DNA of 39,186 bases from an uncultured Collinsella sp. (lineage in GTDB: Bacteria; Actinomycetota; Coriobacteriia; Coriobacteriales; Coriobacteriaceae): NCBI GenBank assembly GCA_900549275.1, contig URNU01000001.1, positions 1 to 39,186 of the forward strand, given 5' to 3'. Positions 26,500 to 33,720 of the stretch are shown here, piece after piece. The translations under genes and the position numbers were made by a program. The first letter of the stretch is position 1. Each line of letters begins with the position of its first letter. The notes beneath the pieces are model-generated. The model was not told where the DNA came from and did no database searches. It worked only from the letters and a program-made list of their open reading frames with translations.

Positions 26500-26554
26500 T
26501 GTACGCCAGCATCCAAAGATGTCGAAAAATGTCGACTTTGGATGCTGGCGTACA
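26500..26554. repeat. Long hairpin between convergent genes
   Basis: TGTACGCCAGCATCCAAAG...CTTTGGATGCTGGCGTACA 19-bp perfect stem. Confidence 0.8.
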
Positions 26555-26598
26555 TGTTTGGCCGTATGGGTTGGGGTGGGCCGGTTGCAACGCGCATA

Positions 26599-26844
26599 CT
26601 AGAGCAGGTTCTTTTGTATCCACGCGATGATGTCGCTCGATTCGTAGAGCGGCTTTCCGTCGATGAATAGGCAGGGAACCTGGCGTTTTCCGCCGACGGC
26701 GATGAGTGTCTGCTCGGCATCGGAATCGGTCGAGATATTACGCTCGGGAATGGTCACGCCGTAATCGGCCAAAAAGTGCTTGACCTTTAAGCAATACGGG
26801 CAGCCGGTCATAACGTAGAGCACGAACTCGTGATTAGTAGCCAT
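26599..26844 (-). CDS. Glutaredoxin
   Basis: CPYC, QVPCLFIDG, YESSDI; GGAG RBS before ATG 26844. Confidence 0.92.
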   Translation of the reverse strand: MATNHEFVLYVMTGCPYCLKVKHFLADYGVTIPERNISTDSDAEQTLIAVGGKRQVPCLFIDGKPLYESSDIIAWIQKNLL

Positions 26845-26895
26845 AGGTCTCCAATCGGTTGAGGTTTTGATTGAAATACCCAAAGCCGCCGCGGT

Positions 26896-27723
26896 CTATG
26901 CGCGCGTCAACGACGACTCGATGGCCTGGACCAAAAACGTCGTGGCTCCGGTGCCGCAGGGCTTGTCGTAGTAGTCAACAAAGCGCTGGTCGGCCAGATA
27001 GCCGTGGGCGAGGCCCAGGTACGCTTCGTTCTGGGGCTCGCATCCCCAGTTGAGAGTAATCCAGCGACGATGCATTGCGACAAGTTTGCGGGCCTCGTTG
27101 CTCTCTGGGTCGCCAATGCCCATGGCAATCGAGAGCTGGCCCAGAATAGCGCGTTCAAGTTCCTTCATGTCGTTCCATGTCTGAGGATCCATGTCCAGTA
27201 ACGTTTCGTTTGCTGCATCGATAGCCTCATCGCCATAGCACGCCCGCGCCTCGGCACCGTAGCGCTCCTCGTTTTCCTGCACGGTGCGCCAGCGCTCCAG
27301 TTGCGGCAGGACGGCGCCCATGAGCGAGACGGCTTCGTCGAGCGACATACCGGTGTTTTGTGCCAGCCGCGGGGCACAATCCTCAATCATTGATTCCATC
27401 GTGGTGTCGTAGGTGTACTTGCCGTGGTCGTAGCACCACTTGCAGTAATGATCGGTCGCGGTGCCCGTGGCATCGGTGCCGCGGTCGTTGGGCGTGAGTA
27501 TCATGCCGCAGCTCTGGCAATAGTGCTCGGGCATTTCGAGCAGATGGGACAGGGGCTCGCCGGTTACGGCGGCGATGAGTTTCATCATGTCGATGCCCGG
27601 TGTGACCTCGCCGCGTTCCCAACGGCTGACGGCTTGGCGTGTGACGAAGAGCTTGGCGGCGAGCTGCTCTTGGGTAAGGTGATGGGCGCGACGGACAGCA
27701 ATGAGCTTTTCTGCGAAGGCCAT
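26896..27723 (-). CDS. XRE HTH - zinc ribbon - TipAS-domain regulator
   Basis: TQEQLA...TRQAVSRWE HTH; CQSCGM...YCKWCY ribbon; GDPESNEARKLVAMHRRW...GLAHGYLADQRF..YYD TipAS-like tail. Confidence 0.82.
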   Translation of the reverse strand: MAFAEKLIAVRRAHHLTQEQLAAKLFVTRQAVSRWERGEVTPGIDMMKLIAAVTGEPLSHLLEMPEHYCQSCGMILTPNDRGTDATGTATDHYCKWCYDHGKYTYDTTMESMIEDCAPRLAQNTGMSLDEAVSLMGAVLPQLERWRTVQENEERYGAEARACYGDEAIDAANETLLDMDPQTWNDMKELERAILGQLSIAMGIGDPESNEARKLVAMHRRWITLNWGCEPQNEAYLGLAHGYLADQRFVDYYDKPCGTGATTFLVQAIESSLTRA

Positions 27724-27753
27724 AACGGCTCCTTTCTGCTGGTTGATGGCTTA

Positions 27754-27797
27754 AGCATACGCAGCGGCCGGCTCTCTTCCAAGCAACCGTTGGTTGC
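27754..27797 (-). promoter_or_regulatory. Promoter and operator of the XRE-TipAS gene
   Basis: TTGGAA-17 nt-TATGCT abutting the palindrome GCAACC-gtt-GGTTGC (27783-27797). Confidence 0.6.
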
Positions 27798-27864
27798 ACG
27801 ACGGGGGACCGCGGCGAAGAATTGCGCGCTGCGCCCCACACCTCCATGCCGTACAATGACCGGC

Positions 27865-28602
27865 ATGGAACCTATTGCACACATACATACCGATCTGCCG
27901 CAGAAGTTCGGCATTCCGCGCAACAGCTTTTTGGCGCCTCATCTGCAGGGGCGCATCGTTTTTGAGCCGGAATTTGCCTCCAACGCAGCGGTTGAGGGTC
28001 TGGACTCCTTCTCTCACCTATGGCTGCTGTGGCGCTTTGAAAATGGAACGCCCGGCGGCACGGCTAAGGACATAGCTGCCGATGCCAAAACGCAGGACAG
28101 GTCTGGCACCAACGTCAAGTGGTCGAAGACCGTGCGCCCGCCGCGTCTGGGCGGAGCCGAGCGTGTGGGCGTCTTTGCCACGCGCAGTCCGTTTCGCCCT
28201 AATCCCATCGGTCTTACCTGCGTAAGGCTCGATCACGTTGAGCTCACCGCCGACGGCCCCATCATCCATGTGCTGGGGGCCGATCTGCGCGACGGCACGC
28301 CCATCTACGACATTAAGCCCTACATCCCGTTTGCGGACTGTCACCCGGATGCGACCGGCGGCTGGATCGAGGATGCTCCGTGGCAAGAACTTAACGTCGA
28401 GTTCCCGCAAGCGCTTCAAGATATGGTCCCGCCCGCAAAACTCTCCGGCTTGGTCGAAGTCCTTCGCCAAGATCCGCGCCGTGCGGGCAGCAAACACGAG
28501 CCAAACCGCGTCTATCACCTGGCCTACGCCGGGCTCGACATATCGTTTACGGTCGACGAAACCCAGCTAACCGTAGTCGCCGTCAACGACGCACGAGACT
28601 AA
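27865..28602 (+). CDS. tsaA: tRNA m6t6A37 methyltransferase TsaA/TrmO
   Basis: KFGIPR, KTVRPPRLGG, GVFATRSPFRPNPIG, DGTPIYDIKPY, QDPR; start 27865 or 27856. Confidence 0.92.
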   Translation: MEPIAHIHTDLPQKFGIPRNSFLAPHLQGRIVFEPEFASNAAVEGLDSFSHLWLLWRFENGTPGGTAKDIAADAKTQDRSGTNVKWSKTVRPPRLGGAERVGVFATRSPFRPNPIGLTCVRLDHVELTADGPIIHVLGADLRDGTPIYDIKPYIPFADCHPDATGGWIEDAPWQELNVEFPQALQDMVPPAKLSGLVEVLRQDPRRAGSKHEPNRVYHLAYAGLDISFTVDETQLTVVAVNDARD

Positions 28603-28713
28603 CCAGCCATTCGTCCGCACCCGTCAAATTAAGCGCCAAACCCCGCGCCAAAACCGCCCACGCTGGTGGACAATAACGCCTACCAAAACAATCACTTTGT
28701 ACGGGAGCTCAGC

Positions 28714-29928
28714 ATGAAATACGACTTTAGCTCGCTTATCGACCGCCACGGCATGGACTCCATCGCCGTTGACTCTTGGGGTGAGATCCCCGGTATGGCT
28801 CCGAACGCACCCGACGAGGGCTTCGACCGCATTCCCATGTGGGTGGCCGACATGAATTTTGCCACGGTGCCCACGGTCCAGGAGCACATCATTCAGCGCG
28901 CTCAGCATCCCATGTTTGGCTACTTTAACCCGCGCGCCGAGTACTTCGACCGCATTATCGAATGGCAGGGCCGCCGTAATGGCGTCGAGGGCTTGGCACC
29001 TGAGCACATTGGCTACGAAAACGGCGTGCTGGGCGGTGTCGTGTCGACGCTGCGCGCGTATGTCCAGCCGGGCGATGCGGTGCTGGTCCACAGCCCCACC
29101 TACATCGGCTTTACCAAGTCCATTGAGGCCGCGGGCTATCGCATTGTCCACAGCCCGCTTAAGCTCGACGACCAAGGCGTGTGGCGTATGGACTTTGGGG
29201 ACATGGAGCGAAAGCTCGCCCTAAACCACATCCATGCCGCGGTGTTCTGCTCGCCGCACAATCCCTGCGGCCGCGTATGGGAGCGCGACGAGATCGAGCG
29301 TGCCATGGACATCTATCGCCAGCACGAATGCGTGGTGATCTCGGACGAGATTTGGTCCGATATCATCCTGCCGGGACACAAGCATATCCCGACGCAGTCG
29401 GTGAGCGAGGATGCCCGCATGCGCACGGTTGCCCTCTATGCGCCGAGCAAGACGTTCAACCTAGCGGGCCTGGTCGGCAGCTACCACATCATCTATAATG
29501 AGACGCTGCGCGACCGCGTGTGCGCCGTGTCCGACAAGACTCACTACAACGAGATGAACGTCCTCTCCATGCATGCGCTTATCGGTGCCTACCAGCCGCA
29601 AGGCTACGAGTGGGTGGACGAGCTCAACCAGGTGCTTGCCGGTAATATCGAGTACTTCTGCAATTACGTGGACGTGCATTTTGGGGGCGTGTCCTATTCA
29701 CGTCCGCAGGGCACGTACATGGTGTTTCTGGACTGCACCGAGTGGTGCCGCGAGCATGGCCGCGATATTCAGTGGCTGCTCGACGAGGGGGCGCGCGTGG
29801 GCGTCGGGTATCAGGACGGCCGCCCGTTCCACGGAACCTGCCACATTCGCGTGAATCTGGCGCTACCGCTTTCGCGCGTAAGGGAGGCGTGCGACCGTCT
29901 GGACCGCTACGTTTTTAATGCACGGTAA
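28714..29928 (+). CDS. MalY/PatB family PLP enzyme (cystathionine beta-lyase / aminotransferase)
   Basis: PMWVADMNF, CSPHNPCGRVW, SDEIW, APSKTFNLAGL. Confidence 0.92.
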   Translation: MKYDFSSLIDRHGMDSIAVDSWGEIPGMAPNAPDEGFDRIPMWVADMNFATVPTVQEHIIQRAQHPMFGYFNPRAEYFDRIIEWQGRRNGVEGLAPEHIGYENGVLGGVVSTLRAYVQPGDAVLVHSPTYIGFTKSIEAAGYRIVHSPLKLDDQGVWRMDFGDMERKLALNHIHAAVFCSPHNPCGRVWERDEIERAMDIYRQHECVVISDEIWSDIILPGHKHIPTQSVSEDARMRTVALYAPSKTFNLAGLVGSYHIIYNETLRDRVCAVSDKTHYNEMNVLSMHALIGAYQPQGYEWVDELNQVLAGNIEYFCNYVDVHFGGVSYSRPQGTYMVFLDCTEWCREHGRDIQWLLDEGARVGVGYQDGRPFHGTCHIRVNLALPLSRVREACDRLDRYVFNAR

Positions 29929-29943
29929 GTGTGCGCTGCATGC

Positions 29944-29975
29944 GGGGCCTTCTGCCAAGTCGGCTGGAAGGCCCC
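29944..29975 (+). terminator. Hairpin after the MalY/PatB gene
   Basis: GGGGCCTTC...GAAGGCCCC; no U-tract. Confidence 0.55.
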
Positions 29976-30072
29976 ACACGGTAAAGCGCCTGTAACAATT
30001 GGGCACTCGTGTGGTTTCGTTTGCTATTATCTTTAACCATTTAAGTCTGTAAACAGGATCGTATGGAGCTCG

Positions 30073-30942
30073 ATGAAAAGATCCCGTCGCTCGGTTGCCA
30101 TTTCGTTGTTTGTTGCGCTTGCAGTGGCGAGCGTCTTTGTCGTAGCGATAGCTGGCTGCTCCGGGTCGAATGACGGAGCCTCGACGTCTGCATTAGAAGG
30201 TCTGGACGCCTCGCAAGCCAAAGACGACGACCTTAAGACGCTCAACGTCGGAAGCGACCTCTATCCACCGTTTGTGTATACCGACGAGTACGGCGATATC
30301 GTTGGTCTGGATGTCGAGATATTGACCGAGGCTTTGGCCCGCATTGGTTACAAGCCAAAGTACCAGCTGATCGATTGGGAAAAGAAGGAAAAGCTGCTGG
30401 CGAGCGGCGAGCTCGATTGCGTCATGGGCAGCTTTAGCATGACAGGTCGCGAAAACGAGTATCGTTGGGCCGGCCCGTACCTTGCGAGCCGCCAGGTGGT
30501 CGCGGTCGATCCCCAGAGCGATATCTACACGCTTGCCGATCTTGAGGATAAGGTCGTGGCGGTCCAGTCCACCACCAAGCCCGAGGACATTTTGCTCAAT
30601 CATACAAATGAAAACGTTCCGAAGATCAAAGAGCTCTACTGCTTTTCGGACCGCTCATACCTGAACCCGGCGCTCGTCGAGGGCCTGGTCGACGCCATCG
30701 CCGCGCATGAGTCCTCGCTGCTCACCTACGAAAAAGACTATGGTGTGACGTATCGCATTTTGGATGAGCCGCTGCTAGAAGTTGGCTTGGGCACCGCTTT
30801 CGATATCAACGATACGCGCGGCATCGACGTTAAGCTCACCCATGCCTACCAAGAAATGCTTGCCGATGGCACCATGGAACGCCTGGTGTCAAAGTACTTT
30901 GATGACCCTGCACCATTTTTGAATACGGAGGGCCTGTCATGA
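30073..30942 (+). CDS. Family 3 amino-acid solute-binding lipoprotein
   Basis: Lipobox IAGC, YPPF, GLDVEI, SMTGRE. Confidence 0.9.
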   Translation: MKRSRRSVAISLFVALAVASVFVVAIAGCSGSNDGASTSALEGLDASQAKDDDLKTLNVGSDLYPPFVYTDEYGDIVGLDVEILTEALARIGYKPKYQLIDWEKKEKLLASGELDCVMGSFSMTGRENEYRWAGPYLASRQVVAVDPQSDIYTLADLEDKVVAVQSTTKPEDILLNHTNENVPKIKELYCFSDRSYLNPALVEGLVDAIAAHESSLLTYEKDYGVTYRILDEPLLEVGLGTAFDINDTRGIDVKLTHAYQEMLADGTMERLVSKYFDDPAPFLNTEGLS

Positions 30943-33131
30943 TCGATGCGCCCGACCACGCCGTAGAGGAGCGGGGCGATCGTTCGGCATGGGTAGGGCT
31001 CATTGCCGCCCTGTTGGGGATAGCGCTCTCGGTTGTTGCCGGCATGATGAGCTACGGTTACACGACAGCCCAAGCCGAGCAGCGCTTTGCCGACGTTGTC
31101 GATTACGTGGCGACCCAGAGCCTTTCCTACGATGCGTTCAATAGCGCCTATACGACCAAAAACCTGATTCGCGTTATGGAGATCGCCGGAGAGGTGGCGC
31201 GCGATATGGAGCGCGACAGCTCGGTGGATAACGCCGCGCTCGAGCAATATGCTGACCAGTTCAACGTGAGCGCGCTGATCGTGACGGACGCATCGGGCAA
31301 CCTGGTGTCCGAGTCCTCGACGGATAACGTGGGTTACGAGTCGCTTGCTGCATATCTCAAAGAAGCGCCCGTGCTGGAGGTGGCAACCCATCCGCTTAAG
31401 TCCTATACCACTCGTATTACGCTTGCGGATGATTCGGTTGCAGACATTGGCTGTGTGACCCGGCAAGATGGCGAGGGTATCGTTATCGCGGTAAGGCATC
31501 AGAGCGCGAAGGCGGTTGCAAGCAATACGCTCAAACTGCAGAGTCTGCTCGAAGGCTATGAGACCATCGATAGCGGAAATATCGTGATCGAAAACGATGG
31601 CAAGGTCGTTGCGACCAACGCCGTTGAACCCACCATCTTGGGCGTGTTCGACCTGCCTGCGACGGACGCCATCATTGTCGACGAAATTAAGGATCGATGC
31701 CTGCCCGGCAAAGTCCGACTGGTCAACGTCAACGGCGAGTGGTATTTGGGCACATACGGCAAAGCGCAAAAATTCTACGTGTACACCTATGCCTCGGCGC
31801 GGCGCTACTTTGAGGTCGTCGCCGCTGTTGCTGCCGGCGTGCTGGTGCTCTACAGCGGTGTTATAGCCGTTGTTGTGATGGCGCGTCGCCGCGCTGATCG
31901 TCGACGTTTGACGGACTTGCTGCAGCAGGAGCGCGACTATGGCGACAGGCTAGCAAAGGCGGCACGTGAGGCCTCGTCTGCCAACTCGGCAAAGACGGAA
32001 TTTTTGCGTCGCATGAGCCACGATCTGCGCACGCCCATCAACGGCATTCGCGGTATGGTTGAGGTCGGCGATGCCAATGCGGATGATCTGCAAAAGCAGA
32101 CCGAGTGCCGCTCAAAGATCTGGACGGCATCGGGACTGCTGCTCGACCTTGCCAACGAGGCCCTGGATATGAGTCGCCTGGAGAGCGGGCAGGTCGATCT
32201 GGAGCTTGTTCCCACGAACTTGGCGACCCTCAACCATGAGGTGCGCGATATTCTGGAGCGCCAGGCCGAGGAGCGTCTGGTGACAATTATCTGCGACCAG
32301 CAGACGCTTGATCACCCCTATGCGCGGGTGAGCGTGACGCACCTCAAGCGTTTGTTGCTCAATATTGCCGGCAATGCCGTCAAGTATAACCGCCAGGGCG
32401 GCTATGTTCGCCTGGTGTGCCGCGAGGTGGAGCCAGCGGATGGCGTCCCCGTCTATGAATACACGATCGCCGACAACGGTATTGGCATGAGCGAGGAGTT
32501 CCAACAGCACCTCTACGAGCCGTTTTGCCGCGAGGAGCAACAGGTGGAAGGTGCTTCATCGGGAACTGGCCTGGGTGCGCCTATCGCAAAACAGTTGGTT
32601 GAGCTTATGGGCGGAACCATGAGCTTTACGAGTATCTTGGGGCAGGGGACGACGTTTACCATCCGTCTGCCGTTTGAGAAGTGCAAGCGCTCCGAGATTC
32701 CTCGGGCAGTTCGTGTGGACGCGGGCGACAGCGATGCACTCCAGGGCTTGCGCGTTTTGCTCGTAGAGGATAACGACCTGAATGCCGAGATCGCGCAGTT
32801 TACGCTCGCCCGCGCCGGTGCCGTCGTGACGCATGCTAAGGATGGTGAGTCTGCCGTCGAGATGTTTACCGCGAGCGCGCCGCACGAGTACGACGTGGTG
32901 TTGATGGACATCATGATGCCCGGTATCGATGGCCTTGAGGCCACGCGTCGGATTCGAGCACTCGATCGCGAGGATGCCGTGCTCACGCCGATTATCGCCG
33001 TGAGCGCCAACGCCTTTGCCGACGACCGTAGGCTTTCGCGCGAGGCGGGCATGAACGCGCACCTGAGCAAGCCTGTGAGCTCGCAGGAGCTCGTTGAGGC
33101 GCTTGCACACATAGCCGCCGACGCTTCATAA
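30939..33131 (+). CDS. Hybrid sensor histidine kinase / receiver
   Basis: Two TMs, MSHDLRTP, NAVKY, DNGIG, GTGLG, REC LLVEDN...MDIMMP...KP. Confidence 0.93.
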   Translation: MIDAPDHAVEERGDRSAWVGLIAALLGIALSVVAGMMSYGYTTAQAEQRFADVVDYVATQSLSYDAFNSAYTTKNLIRVMEIAGEVARDMERDSSVDNAALEQYADQFNVSALIVTDASGNLVSESSTDNVGYESLAAYLKEAPVLEVATHPLKSYTTRITLADDSVADIGCVTRQDGEGIVIAVRHQSAKAVASNTLKLQSLLEGYETIDSGNIVIENDGKVVATNAVEPTILGVFDLPATDAIIVDEIKDRCLPGKVRLVNVNGEWYLGTYGKAQKFYVYTYASARRYFEVVAAVAAGVLVLYSGVIAVVVMARRRADRRRLTDLLQQERDYGDRLAKAAREASSANSAKTEFLRRMSHDLRTPINGIRGMVEVGDANADDLQKQTECRSKIWTASGLLLDLANEALDMSRLESGQVDLELVPTNLATLNHEVRDILERQAEERLVTIICDQQTLDHPYARVSVTHLKRLLLNIAGNAVKYNRQGGYVRLVCREVEPADGVPVYEYTIADNGIGMSEEFQQHLYEPFCREEQQVEGASSGTGLGAPIAKQLVELMGGTMSFTSILGQGTTFTIRLPFEKCKRSEIPRAVRVDAGDSDALQGLRVLLVEDNDLNAEIAQFTLARAGAVVTHAKDGESAVEMFTASAPHEYDVVLMDIMMPGIDGLEATRRIRALDREDAVLTPIIAVSANAFADDRRLSREAGMNAHLSKPVSSQELVEALAHIAADAS

Positions 33132-33133
33132 GC

Positions 33134-33173
33134 ATATGGCTCGGTTCCAAGGTGGGTTGGAACCGAGCCATAT
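33134..33173. terminator. Hairpin between convergent genes
   Basis: ATATGGCTCGGTTCCAA-ggtggg-TTGGAACCGAGCCATAT 17-bp stem. Confidence 0.8.
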
Positions 33174-33200
33174 TGCTATTGATGAGGCCTGATGAGGGGC

Positions 33201-33680
33201 TTACTTTTCTTGAATCTGCTTGCCGCAGAGATGCTCAATCGTAATCTCGTAGAGTTGGACGCCCTTGATGTCTTTGGCGATTTCCTCCTCGACTTCTTCG
33301 GCAGAAGGGTAGTACTTAAGGGCGAGCTGGCGGACTTTGTCCTCGATAAACGCGGGGGTGTCATTTGCCAGGCGACAGCGGCCAAAGACCACGGTACTCA
33401 TAACGTACGGAGCCCAGTCGCCGTCCTGGTGCCACTCGTTGCCGTAAACGGTAAAGCAGACCTTGTCATCGCGCTTAAGTGCGTCGACCTTGTGGCCAGC
33501 CTTGGCGCCATGGAAATAAATCTTGTCGTGCTCGGCGTCAAAGAAGTAGTTGACGGGAATGGCGTACGGGTAGCCATCGTCGCCGTTGACGGCAAAGACG
33601 CCGCGCTTGCAGGTGGCGAGCAGTTCGCGCGCTTCCTCGTCGGTGATGGCGCGTTTCTTTCGACGTAAGGGCCTAAACAT
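33201..33680 (-). CDS. Pyridoxamine 5'-phosphate oxidase family flavoprotein (Nim-like)
   Basis: MFRPLRR, GDDGYPYAIPVNY, IYFHGAKAGHK, KVCFTV. Confidence 0.88.
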   Translation of the reverse strand: MFRPLRRKKRAITDEEARELLATCKRGVFAVNGDDGYPYAIPVNYFFDAEHDKIYFHGAKAGHKVDALKRDDKVCFTVYGNEWHQDGDWAPYVMSTVVFGRCRLANDTPAFIEDKVRQLALKYYPSAEEVEEEIAKDIKGVQLYEITIEHLCGKQIQEK

Positions 33681-33720
33681 CGTTGGCTTCCTTTCTGGTC
33701 GTGCGTGGTTGCTGCAAAAA

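Noticed and set aside
27424..27864. N-terminal extension of tsaA in the ORF track
   Set aside because: Overlaps the divergent regulator gene; TsaA-like sequence starts at MEPIA
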